A stretch of DNA of 64,000 bases. It comes from Pecten maximus (taxonomy: Eukaryota). The position numbers and the translations under genes are program-made. Shown in pieces: positions 13,701 through 27,698 of this stretch. The notes beneath the pieces were generated by a model. That model was given only the letters and a program-made list of their open reading frames with translations, was not told the origin of the DNA and ran no database searches. The DNA lies in contig NC_047024.1 of the NCBI RefSeq assembly GCF_902652985.1, positions 16,864,001 through 16,928,000 of the forward strand. Reading direction: 5' to 3'. How positions within the stretch are numbered: position 1 is the first letter of the stretch; the number at the start of each line of letters is the position of its first letter.

Positions 13701-16700
13701 CAGGCCTGAGTTATTAATTTAAATTGCAAAATATCCGAGTCCGAGTTGTATATCCTGCAACAATACACGAGTCAAAGTTGATTATTTCTATTCTACCATG
13801 TACTGTTTAGTTCTGAGATCGACCTCTTTCTAATAGAAAAACAGCAAAGAAACCCCGAGAAAGCCTTGTAATTTATTTCTTGAGTATTGCATTATTTGTT
13901 GATGAATATACAGGCAATACAGAACTACGATCAAAAGCATCGATCATATGGCATTGATTTTGAAAATTTAGAAAAAAAGGTAAAAAAGAAGAAAAAAAGA
14001 AGAAAAAAAGAAGAAAAAAGGGGGGGCTCCGTAGGATTCGAACTCGCGTCGTGATAAAAATGTATTGAAAGACTAACCCATTAGCCCACTCGGCTATAGT
14101 AACCTTTTATAAAACGGGTGAATATTAGATATATAAAATTGTAACAGCCGTGACTCACAACTGTGTATTATTGGCACGAGCGTGTATTATTGGCACGAGC
14201 GTGGGTTATTGGAAAATAATACATGGTTTTAAACCAATCAAAACTGGCGTTGCATAGCAAACATGGTAGAATAGAGTATATGCTCAACTGAAGGAAATCA
14301 TTAAAGGTCCAGTTACCTGATATTAGGACTATGATATGCGAGAGGAAGGGTTTGCCCAAACGACTGACTTTTATACCTACATTCAATGTCACCCTGGTCA
14401 AATATGCTAAAAGCTTTCAACAACTTTTTCTCGTTAACCAACAACTTCTCATCAATGAAGAAGCAGAGATACTTCATATTCGACCTGTAACTTGATCGGA
14501 TGAAGGGCAACATACTAACCTTTCCTCTAGACAACCAGGGTTTGATTCCCCGATTGAACGTGAAAAGGCCAACACATCTGATTAATATCAGCTGATACAA
14601 ATTGTTTCACAGTTGATGTCAAATAACACAAATCCCCATTTAGATGTGAGTTTTCCAGATAACCATGTTGGTGTTCTTAGCGTTCTTGGATGTTTTTTCC
14701 TTATATATATTCCCTCATCCATCAAATGATTTAAATATAATTGTATAACATTGTCAATACTGTCTTTCATAGTGTAAGCCATTCATCAGTAAGTGTATTT
14801 AGGTGCTGTGTAATTCATTCGGAACTCTTGGGAATGAAATGTCATTTATTTCTACGATAAATCCTCAGGATTGGGCATGAAAATATTCTTCCCAAAAAAA
14901 TTAACAATACTATTTCCTTCCGCGAAGTTTTTGTTATAATATTTAGTACACTAATAATATAACATACTTTATGCTTTTAAATGTTTGAAAACATCAAAAC
15001 ACAACTGTTTAAGATGAATAAATTATAAGAAAATATCATAAGGCTTGCTGCCTGGTTTGTGTTAGGGGGCAGCTTGAACACACTCTAACGATGGCCGATA
15101 GCGGCCGCCAAATAACAACTACAGAGTAATAGATTTGTGTACATGCACATTTTCTAGACGTACAGTACAACTACTCGATATTGCAAAATGCGTACATGTA
15201 CATTTTGCAACTTGTCATGTACAGTACAACTACTCAATATTGCAAAATGCGTACATGTACATTTTGCAACTTGTCATGTACAGTACAACTACTCAATATT
15301 GCAAAATGCGTACATGTACATTTTGCAACTTATCATGTACAGTACAACTACTTAATATCCATTAACATTCCTAACATTCGAATCCAACATTCCACGATTT
15401 GACGTTATGAAATTGAGGTTACTTGGTGTAGGAGGATACGTGTTACATAGCACGTGGTGACAAACTTATATTCCGAATGCCTTTTAGTCCGAAGACTCAG
15501 TAGTTCGAAGACCCAACAGTCCAAAGGCTCGATAGTCCGAAGGCCCGCTAGTCCGTAATAGGTAAATATACTAATACACGTTGTGCAGAAATGTTGATAT
15601 TTAGTTTTATATTAACATTATTCAAAATTTTTACTTAATCTGTTTTTAACTCTATTGTGAAAAATAAGAAATTAAAGATGAAGACAGATTCAAAATCATA
15701 TGGTTTAAAAGAAACTTTCACAGATAAAAAAATAAAAAAAAGCATGCGTGGCATGCGCAGAAAGAGTTCTTGGCGCGTAAACACAAACATTTTGAGCTTT
15801 TTACAGTTCTCGGACTTGATAAATTTCTACATACCTAACAGACCATCGTGAATCTATGAATGTATAAGGGGAATTCCCAAAAATAATAACTGTGGCTGCC
15901 GGGCCAAGTTTCTCTGAAAATTAGTCCCTTAATGCAACGGCGGGTTTTACAGTCCATACAAAATGGCGGAACACCGAAAGCGTGGACCTGGGAAAACGCA
16001 GACAGATTTTGCCAAAAGTGAGTGGAATCGGCAAAACCCGAGTATTTCCTTAGAAAAGGAAATGATTCGTTGGAACTTAGCGAGAAAAGAAAAGGGACTA
16101 GACTCGAATTCCGGTTTTGCCGGCATCTCCTGGATTGCTGATTAGCTTTTGAACATTGTCAACTTCACCGGTCTGAAATTTTATCGATGTTTTGTATGCG
16201 TATTGCTACATTTAAAAAAAAAGTATTTAAATGTTAGCCATGTTTGTTGATTTCGTTCAGTTACCTTGGTATTACCTGAATATTCTGTTAATATGTTTAA
16301 ATGAAAGCATTATTACTTATTAGGCAAAGTTCACGTATTCTCGACATGTAAACATCGACCATGTATGTAGTTTATGTTCAGCACACGTTGTTAAAGCCTC
16401 GTTCTCGGCTCCGTGACAAATCTCGCGATAAATATAAATGCGAAGAGCGTGAGTGAGCATCTTGGATTGCCACTAATTAATACATGTGTGCAACTAGAAT
16501 TTAAGGAACAACGCAACATCAGCATCACTACTTAATTCACTGCATCTCAACAAAAAAATGGCCCTATAACAGACAACCATCATCAACATGTAAATACAAG
16601 GAATGACAACTCTTGGTAGACATTGAATATTCCTAATCTAGAAGACGATAGAAAATGTGGTTATTTTGCTTAAATATCAATGTTCATCTTTTCACGAAGT

Positions 16701-16863
16701 GCTCATTTGGATTTTTTTAGCAGAAAACACTAAAATTGCGTCCATTCAAAATGGCGTCGTATTGTGAAGCGTAACGTTGCAAGGACACGACGTCAATGAT
16801 TATGCTACTGATCCCCATGCTTTTTGGCAAAAATGTTTTGTTTCGATTGTTTGTTTTTTTTTG

Positions 16864-16894
<31 letters not shown>

Positions 16895-19800
16895 TTTTAT
16901 ATTGAATGGGAAACCATTCATACATGTACATGTATACAACCATTTATCCATATACAATATTACATATTTTCGGACTATCGGACTTCGGACTATTGGGACT
17001 TATGACCAATGGGCCTTCGGACTATCGAGCCTTCGGACTGTTGTGCCTTTGGACTAAAAGGCATTCGGAATATAAGTTTGTCCCCACATGCTCTACCCTA
17101 TGTAACACGTATCCTTCTACACCAAGTAATCTCAATTTCATAACGTCAAATCGTGGAATGTTGGATTCGAATGTTAGGAATGTTAATGGATATTAGGTAG
17201 TTGTACTGTACATGACAAGTTGCAAAATGTACATGTACGCATTATGCAATATTGAGTAGTTGTACTGTACATAACAAGTTGCAAAATGTACATTTACGCA
17301 TTTTTCAATATTGAGTAGTTGTACTGTATGTCTAGAAAATGTACATGTACACAAATCTATTACTGTGTAGTTGTTATTTGGCGGCCGCTATCGGCAATCG
17401 TACACTCTAGTTGATGCGACATTGGCAAGTCACGCAAGTTTTTACCTTTGATACTTGAAATGAAAGTAGGGTACTTCTGATTGGTTCTTTAAAAAATGAT
17501 GATGCTGGCTGAAGTGATTATGAGGCGAAACCTATAGCTAACGGTATACTGTTTCTGTAACATAGATAAAGAGATTACATGGTTTAAATCAGTCGATAGT
17601 GAAATGTTTGTATAATGTATATAACATGGACGTGCAATTCAACAAAACACCGGACCAGAGAATGTAGGCCAATTAATAGGTCACAAACAATTGTTTGAGG
17701 CAAGTTTCTTCCAACGAAAGTTATCAAGGATTAAAATATCACAACATGATACTGATCAATTAATCTAAACGAGAAAATGGCAGTAAATCGAGTACAATTT
17801 AAAAACTTACGAACCAAATTATAGTGGGGCACTACTTCACATGAATCTTACACGGGTAGGGAATCTCGACGTGGTTTATCATAAAATGTTTCACCAGATT
17901 CATCTTTCTAAGAATAAAAATCTATCATAGGCTAGTATGCAAGTTCAAGTGAGCTTTGAAAACAAATTCTGCATCTTGCAGCAGCATGTTAAGTAGAACC
18001 AAATATTTTTTATCAAGCTTCTATATTGATATACAAAAGCACACTATTAAATAAAAACTCTTTTTCCATTTTTAAAGTTTGCCAGTACCTATATACATAT
18101 ATATGTACGTTAATGTGACTACAGCCTTTTTACGGTAAATAAAACTCCTCAAAATGACATACGATTTTCATTGGTCAAATATTCAAGAATGTACTTTTAA
18201 AAAACTAAAACTGTTTTTTTATTTCCTGTATTTATATATACAACTTGTTTTTTCTCCTTTATTTCTCTGATTTTCAGAACATACATTGGAGCCAAATGGT
18301 ATGGGTTTTCTGATCCCCAATGTGGACTTGACCATTATGAATGGTGGGCAGGAACAACTCAAGGCACTGATGATGTGATGGCTAAGGAAACCCTCCACCT
18401 GTCTGAAGTGGCAACCAATCCTACTATTTCAAGACTTCCTTTGGGCAAGCCTATCTACATCACAGTTAGAGCTTACAACAAAGCTGGTAAATAAACAATC
18501 ATGCTCAAGAGCCACATTCTACCTGGTAGACAAACCACCTACATCACATAGCTTAAGCTCCACAGCCACATTCATTCTACCTGTAGGTTTCGACCACATG
18601 CATCACAAAGCTCACACTCCACGGTCACAAAAAACCTGTAGGTCACACCACCTACAGCACAGATCATACACTCCACGATAACATTATACCTGTAGGTCAG
18701 ACCTCCTACATCACAAAGCTCACACTCCACGGTCACAATATACCTGTATGTCACACCACCTACAGCACAGATCATACACTCCACGATAACATTATACCTG
18801 TAGGTCAGACCTCCTACATCACAAAGCTCACACTCCACGGTCACAATATACCTGTAGGTCACACCACCTACATCACAAAGCTCACACTCCACGGTCACAA
18901 TAAACCTGTAGGTCACACCACCTACAGCACAGATCATACACTCCACGATAACATTATAACTGTAGGTCAGACCTCCTACATCACAAACCTCATACTCCAC
19001 GGTCACAATAAACCTTTAGGTCACACCACCTACAGCACAGATCCCACACTCCACGATAACATTATACCTGTAGGTCACACCACCTACAGCACAGATCCCA
19101 CACTCCACGATAACATTATAACTGTAGGTCAGACCTCCTACATCACAAAGCTCACACTCCACGGTCACAATAAACCTGTAGGTCACACCACCTACAGCAC
19201 AGATCCCACACTCCACGATAACATTATACCTGTAGGTCATACCTCCTACATCACAAACCTCATACTCCACGGTCACAATATACATGTAGGTCACACCACC
19301 TACAGCACAGATCCCACACTCCACGGTCACAATATACCTGTAGGTCACACCTCCTACATCACAAACCTCACACTCCACGGTCACAATGTACCTGTATGTC
19401 ACACCACCTACAGCACAGATCATACACTCCACGATAACATTATACCTGTAGGTCAGACCTCCTACATCACAAACCTCATACTCCACGGTCACAATATACA
19501 TGTAGGTCACACCACCAGCACAGATCATACACTCCACGATAACATTATACCTGTAGGTCACACCACCTACAGCACAGATCCCACACTCCACGGTCACAAT
19601 ATACCTGTATGTCACACCACCTAGAGCACAGATCCCACACTCCACGATAACAATATACCTGTATGTCACACCACCTAGAACACAGATCCCACACTCCACG
19701 ATAACATTATAACTGTAGGTCAGACCACCTACAGCACAGATCCCACACTCCACGATAACATTATAACTGTAGGTCAGACCACCTAGAGCACAGATCCCAC

Positions 19801-22800
19801 ACTCCACGATAACATTATAACTGTAGGTCAGACCACCTACAGCACAGATCCCACACTCCACGATAACATTATACCTGTAGGTCACACCACCTACAGCACA
19901 GATCCCACACTCCACGATAACATTATAACTGTAGGTCAGACCACCTACATCACAGATCATACACTCCACGATAACATTATAACTGTAGGTCAGACCACCT
20001 ACAGCACAGATCCCACACTCCACGATAACATTATAACTGTAGGTCAGACCACTTACAGTACAAAGCTCACATTCAACAGTCACATTCTACCTGTAAATCA
20101 ATGTTTCACTCAGACTAAGGTTGTATTTGTTTCAGGGTTGTATGTGGATACAGTGTCAAATGGTTTCATGGTAGATAATACTTCCCCTATAATCACCAAA
20201 CCCATATTGTCTGAAGATTTAGGTGTGATTGTATCAGGCAAGCTATATCTTAGAGATGCATTCAAGGTCACATGGACTGCTGTGGATCAGGAATCTCATG
20301 TTGAGAGACAATATTTGTCAATAAAGGCTCACAGAAATGGTGAATTCCAACCTTCTTCTATAAAGGTAAGTTGCTGTATATAAAGGCCTACGAAAATGGA
20401 TAATTACATTGATCCTTAATAAAGATGAGTACGTGTAAACAAAAGCATTGAGAAACGAATTAGATTCTTACGCTATAATAGTGAGTACCTGTCTATAAAG
20501 GATTATACAAATGAAGAATTCAAACCTTCTTCTATTAAGTGATTACCGGAGATGGGCTGTGAAGTTTAATCAGGTAAAACAATGGCGGCGGCAGCTGCGT
20601 AATCAACATTTCACTTTAAAGTTTTGCATTTAGATGCGTTTCTCAAAAGTTATAAGTCTGTAACTTTAACCAAACTTTGTGTATAGTTAGATCCCACAGT
20701 GGACATCTCATCACACCTTATAGAATACATGTCTTTTGATGTCTTGGTGTGTTTTTGAGGGGGTGTATATTAGCACTCTACTAGAGAAACCGTGGGGACT
20801 ATAGTTTTCCTCTCCTTTCGTCTGTCTGTCTATCTGTCTGATCGTGCGTCTTCAAGCCCTTCCATTCAGTTTTCTGCACTTGTCTCAATCATGCTTCAAG
20901 GTATGTTGGTGAAAGTTTGTATGTAACTTAAATATCAGTAGCTTCAGATCAGATTTTGGGTCATGGTCACTGTTGCAGTTTTTAGTTGGGGCCTGTAGGG
21001 AAAATGCTTCGCTATAGCAATATTCAGCATACTTGTTGATTTGGGAGCGAATTTGTGTTGTGAATTCTAATAAGGTAAGATGTTGATTTCATTGGGGAGC
21101 TGACATGGGTTGTGGATATGAATTCAAATATCAAAAAATAAAACAAATGTTTCTTTGAAAAGGTGAATGGAATTTTACGAGACTACACCTTCACAGGCCT
21201 TCAACTCCATGATGGGGTAAGCTACTTCGTGAACCTCATTGCTTGTAATGGGGCTGGGATATGTTCTCAAACAGAGTCAGATGCCATCTTTGTGGACAGT
21301 TCTCCGCCATCCAGAGGTATGTTACAAACCCTTCAGACAATGATCTCTTTCAAAGTTAGGTAGGCTTTTTAATCATGATATCAAATTGTGATTAATGAGT
21401 TACTGTAAACGTACTTATTTTAGCGCAATCAAATTTTAGCGCATTTGCAGATTTTAGCGAGTTAGCGCATTGATGAATTAGCGCATCCACAGAACTTTCT
21501 ATAGTAATAGAACGTACAAAAAGTAATTAGCGCAATAATAATTTAGCGCAAGGCTTCCAGCGCGAAAAGCGCTAAAATACAATTACCGCTAAAATATGTA
21601 CGTTTACAGTACATGGATACTATCATTCGTGGTAACGATTAGAAAAGTATACATTGGCTCTGCATGCTACCAGAGCTTGCATAACGTTAGGTATATCTAT
21701 TTCATAAGGTGATGTATGCTCTATTTCATAAGGTGGTGTACATTCTTTTTCATAATATTATGTAAGTCTTATTTCATAAGGTGATATATATATACATGTA
21801 TATACTTTTTCGTATGGTGATGTAAATCCTTTTTTACAAGGTGATGTAAATCCCATTCATTAGTATATAATGTTTAGTAGTATATGACAAAAGATAACAA
21901 TCACCAGGCATGTATTGTTTTGTATTTGTGGTAACCCTCTAATCATTTGATCTGTATGGATAGAGGGATTATCATCAAATTTAGCACTGGCCTTTATTGG
22001 AGAAAGTAGACTCAGTATTGTATATAGGGAGTGTCTGACAATTATTTAACTAATATTGTTCCAGGAATGTTTTCCATCAAAACAAATCATGCATCTCAAA
22101 TAAACCGAGAGGTTCCCAATTCCATGACCTGGACGAGCCGTGCCCTCTTTCTTTCCTGGATTGGATTTGCTGATCTCCATTCAGAGGTGTCCTACTACCT
22201 TGTCAATGTGGGCAGCTCCTACATGAATACTGATCTGAATAAGGTAAGCAAGATGGATGCCCGGCGGACAGGCGGAGTGTGCATAATTAATTACATGTTT
22301 AGTATCTTAAAATGCAGAGTCCTATAGTAATCAGGTTTCTGTATATCTTTCCGTTTTTTGTTTCTGCACAATATTGTGAAATATGAACGTGTAGCCGTTC
22401 AAAGCAAAATTTTAAACTTCTTATTCCGTGTTTTCATTTCAACATATTTTATTGTATAACATTTATACAAATGGGTTAGACAGCAGGCTTGGCCTATATA
22501 AGTCTTCCCCAATACAAACAGAACAATAGTAGAATTAAACTAAGACAATTGAAAGTGAAAAAGTATAAGAAATATGTATATAGATTAAGTCAATGGAGAT
22601 GAAATATCTATGGAGATGAAAATTGTTTTATGAATATACTGATTTTTTATGGTCAAAGGCAGGTAATTATAAAAAGAACTAACAATTAGTGGAAAAGGGA
22701 GGTAATAAGTTTCTAGTATATCCTTTGTCAAATTATGATCATGTTACAGAGTTATAAAAAAAGGTTGTTCTCAGTTAATAGCTATTGCTTAGATACAGGA

Positions 22801-25800
22801 TTGGCACCCAATTCCGTGTTCTGATCACATACTGTGTTCTTTCCATGTACGTCACGGCACATGCGTCTCAGGGATTTAATTTAAAACTAAAGCATTTTCA
22901 GTTTCATTTTTGATGCATGTTGTCAATCTCAAAAGAGTAAAAAAAATCCTTACTATACAGTTTGGGTAATATTTTTAATAATGATCTTGAATAAGGACAG
23001 ACATATTGTGTTTGTAATTGGACCAATCAGCAAAATGCTAGGATTCTACGAGGGATGATTGATATGTTGTTAGCCTCGTTCTGAAGGAGGAACTTAAAGT
23101 TGTTCTTTTCAAGTCCTACTATTCTCTGATTATATAGGGCTTAGATCTTATCTATGAGATTTTCAGAAAAAAAACTATGGACAATTATTACCTAATCTTG
23201 CTCCAAAACTACCTCTGCTTTTCAATCAGATGATGCTTGGGTCTTGCCAATATAATCTTAATCATAGTAGTATAAAATGTATTCCTTAAACAGAGTATGT
23301 GGAAGTGTCCAGTACAATAAAAATACAATTCACGAAAGCAGTATGGTGGATTTGTTGTTACATTTGCCTACTTCGAACATCAACTGTTTACTAAAGTCAG
23401 ACTGTTACGTCAATTATGTGATAGCATGTATACGTCTAAACAACAACCAAGCACTTCCGTGCTTCAAAATGGTGACACATGAACAAAGTCTAGTGGCTAT
23501 TGTCGAAACAAAGGAATTCGGTGGTTGAGCCAAAGTCGACTAGACGTGTGCTTTGTATTTTTTCCCTTCTCGTGTGTATTACATGTAACCAAAGTGAGTT
23601 CACTTCTATTATAGTTAAATCAGTCATTTTTGTTGACTCATAAAGTAGAGTCAAAGTCAAGGGAAAATATATTTATGTGACCAATTTGAATTGCAGATAA
23701 CTGGAGTTCCTGTGTCTGTTCCACATAGCAATACAACAGAAGTTTATGATGAAGGCCACATACAGAGTGCTAAGATAGACACACAGGACCTCAGCAAAGC
23801 CTCCAACACCCTCTTCATACATATGTGGGCTGTCAATAAGGTACATGCACATTTATAGATTCATACAAAGTGGGTTATTGTACGTAACGCCAAAGTTTGT
23901 CGTCGCTCAAGTGGCTTATTTTTTTTTATCAAACACTACACAATGATAAAGAACCATATTCGACAGGTTTGAGTTTCTGGGATTTCGGATGTCAAGGTTA
24001 TCTCATTTTTAAGCAGGGGCGGGGGGGGGGGGGGGGGGGGGGGTCTTGTAGGGGACATATATTGCTTGTTATAATGTAATTATTGTGATATTCGTTTAAA
24101 GGTGAATTTGGACTGAGAATGACCTCATCAGTATTTCTGTCCACAGGTTGGCTTGTCAAGCCCTATCATTCACTCAATGTTCCGTATGATTTCCGGTGGT
24201 GCTCTGGAGTTGGTCCGTCGCTGTGACTCATACTCCTGTCTTGGTCACTGTGTATGTGCACCCCAGGATAATGTGTGTCCCTATAGCCATTTAGACCCAT
24301 GCACTAACTACACCTCACAAGGTAAATCAATGAGATATTGTGGTAGCATCATCCTGGTGTTTTGATTCCCCGCCCAACGAAGTTGGCAGGGGATATACCA
24401 ATGGGTTACGTCCTTCTTCTGTCCGACTGTCTTGATTCGATTTCGGTACGATATGTTTTGAAGGAATATTTGACAATAGTATACTGCTGTAGTAATGCAG
24501 TGGTTTGACATTAGTATACTGCAGTAGTTTTACAGCAGTATACTGCAGTTATTTGACAGTTGTATACTGCAGTAATTTGATAGTAGTATAATGCAGTGTT
24601 AATGCAGTAGTTTGATAGTAGTGTACTCCTTTAATTTTAGGCTGCTCGATGAGCAATTACTGCAGTATACTACTGCAATTTGATAGTAGCATACTGCAGT
24701 AATAATGCAGAAGTGTGACATTGGTATACTGCAATAGTTTGATAGTAGTATTCTGCAGTAGTTTGTCAATTAGTTTACTGCAGCAGTTTGCTAATTGTTA
24801 TTGCAGCAGTTTCACAGTAGTATATCTTGATAATTGAGACTTAAAAGACAGTCATTTAACTATGAGGGCGGCAGCACAGATACCCAACCATTGCGCCGTC
24901 TACGTTAAAGTTATATAATACCTATATAAACAATTCAAGGGGTTCTGTCAATTCAATTTGATTTCCCACCTTCAAATGAGGTAGCATGAGCAGCTTTTTG
25001 AGTGAAATATGTAAATTATTACAAAGGCCAAGAATGTGCAGCTTTATATGACGCATTGTGTCTCAAATCGATTTTTTCATAACGTATATACCAATAGGCT
25101 CTAGAAAAATCAGGAGCTTAATGGAGACACTAAAGAAATGCCTGTTGAGTTTTTCAACAAATTATTCAAATCATGGGGAGAAAACGAAAAATTCCATAAA
25201 ATATTGCGTCAATAATGTATTGAATTGTTGGCATTAGTGGCTTAGACCATTGGACATTGCACCAAATCGGTTCTTTTTATTCCAAGAACATTAATGAAAG
25301 ATAAATATGAATTTTCCTTAAACCAACTTATCTTTAATGTGAATGGTTCATTAACTATTACGTTTCATGGTATTGAAAATAACAATCGAAGTTCTTGATT
25401 TAATGTCGACATTCTGCCAGTAAGTGACTTGATATAGACCCTGTGAGAGCGTTAAATGAATATTTAAGGTAAACGTCGGACGTTAGAACAGACAATTCGC
25501 CAGTTTATATAGCTTTGCATGCTCCATATGGTGCCATTTCAGCACAAACTGTTTCTTCAACATTGGAAGACTATTAGAGATGTGGGTCTTTCAAAACAGT
25601 TATTTTCTGCAAAATAGTTCAGACTAACAGGTGTTACATTCAAATAATCAAAACACTATCATAAAAGTGGATCGGTGGAAGACTTTATTATCATTATGTA
25701 CATAGTCGTATTCCGGAAAGGTTTACTGATGATGTTCTATAGTAATGTGTGTTTTGTAAATTTTATATGCAATGATAACAATAGTTCTAGTCATTAAGTA

Positions 25801-27667
25801 TAATGATAGTCATTTGATCAAATGTCAATTCATTTCATTCATTGTCTAGTTAACTTATAACTGATGTAGGTTTCATGTAAACTGCTTTTCTAAATGTATG
25901 GCTTGAGTGGCATTTTTGGAAAACTTCCATAACTATCAACTGTTGCAGACAACCCAAACTCTGCCCTGGATATCAGTGATTTGAAAGGCATCAATGCGTA
26001 CACTGCTACATCTACAGGACTTGGTGCAACTTGGCAAGTCTCAAACTTTGATGGGTTGGTTCCACTGTGGTAAGTACCATTCAAATACTGATATTTTGTC
26101 TCAATTGCTTTACAAAATCTGGATAGAACCTAAGGTGTTCTGTCGGCTTTGATTTTTGAATGTTGTTTTTTGTCCTTTTTTATTTATTCATTTATTTTCA
26201 GCTCACTTGGCCTCAAAGAGCCAGTGAGCTCACCATGCCTTATGGCATAGTGATTGTCTTCCATCAACATTTCCTTTAAATCACTACTAATCCTTAACAC
26301 CTGAATGAATTTTGATGAAAATTTGTAGCATGATTTGGCAAAGGAAGTCCGATGTTGTATCACGGATGGTCTGGCTCCCTTCGAGTCAGAGGGGCAGGTC
26401 CCAAAATTGGAAATAGCGGTATATCCTTTAAATCACTATACTTGTCCTGAATGATTTAATGGATTTTGATAAAATTTTGAAAATCAAATGTTGCATTAAT
26501 GAAGAGTGCGGCTCCCCTGGTAAGGCCTATATATGAAAATATAGCAATTTGTTTTACAGCCATCTTTAAGAATGGCAGGATTTTATCATATTTGGTTTGC
26601 ACTGTTGTTGGGAGAAGCCGAGCTCAAAAAATAGGAAAATATGGTTACAAAAATGAGAGCATTAACTGCCATGAATACTGAATTATCCAAGTTAGCAATT
26701 AAGACTACATTGGCCTTTTTGAAAAATAGCTTCCTTAATTTACTTGAATGTTGTCTTTGATCATCATTTTTTGTCCGCAGTGCATCCATAAACAATTTAG
26801 ACATTTGACTGCTTCTCTGAAACCTCTGACCTGAATCAGTTTCAATGGAATTTTGCAGAAACCATTCTTATACATGACAAAAGGTCAACCAAAATTATGA
26901 ATTATATGGTATCCAACCCCCAAGGGCCTGAGAGAGTGCGGGGTGAAAATGGATCAGATTGGCTGAAATTTCTAAAATCTTCTTATCAATAAAGACCTTG
27001 ATATGGTAGAATCAAAAACGCCTCATAGATGGAAGGGTCTTAAGGTGTTTATTTGTACATAAGGGTGCAAAAGGTACCCTGTGGCTAAAACTATATATAG
27101 TGTAATGTCATGTAACTGAAACAGGTTGATAAAACACTTAACATTAACAATATGTTCTAGGTTTGAATGGAGCATTGGTTACGGGTTCTTAGATTTACCA
27201 GAGGGGATATTTCACCAAGCTGACGAGAGAGTCTGGCATGATGCTGGACAAAATCTTCAACAGTTGTTTCTGGTTTCTAGAGGTATGTATAGAGCTCACT
27301 TATAGAATGTATCGCCCCTGTAATGTAGACAGGAATATATGAACCCTGAAGTAGATTAAGATTTTGAAAAAAATTAACCGTAACAGGATTGTTTGACTTT
27401 TCCAGTGGTTAACGCAGGAGCATCACTTTTAAAGTTTTGTGTTTAGATCCATTTCTCCAAAAGTATGTATATATAAACATTGTATATAGTTGGATTACAT
27501 TTTATGGTCCAGTAACTCTGGAAATTAGGGCTGCTGGGAATCTTGACTTTAAAGTTTTGTGTTTATCTCAGTTTCTCAAAAAGTATCAATGTGATTTTAA
27601 CCATACATGGAAGATAGTTGTAGTATGGGAATCTCAATACACCAGACATCTTACATGAATTTTATCT

Positions 27668-27698
<31 letters not shown>

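Noticed and set aside
18572-20083. 355-aa and 144-aa Cys/Val-rich minus-strand ORFs
   Set aside because: Artefacts of 54/57-bp units, which are multiples of 3.
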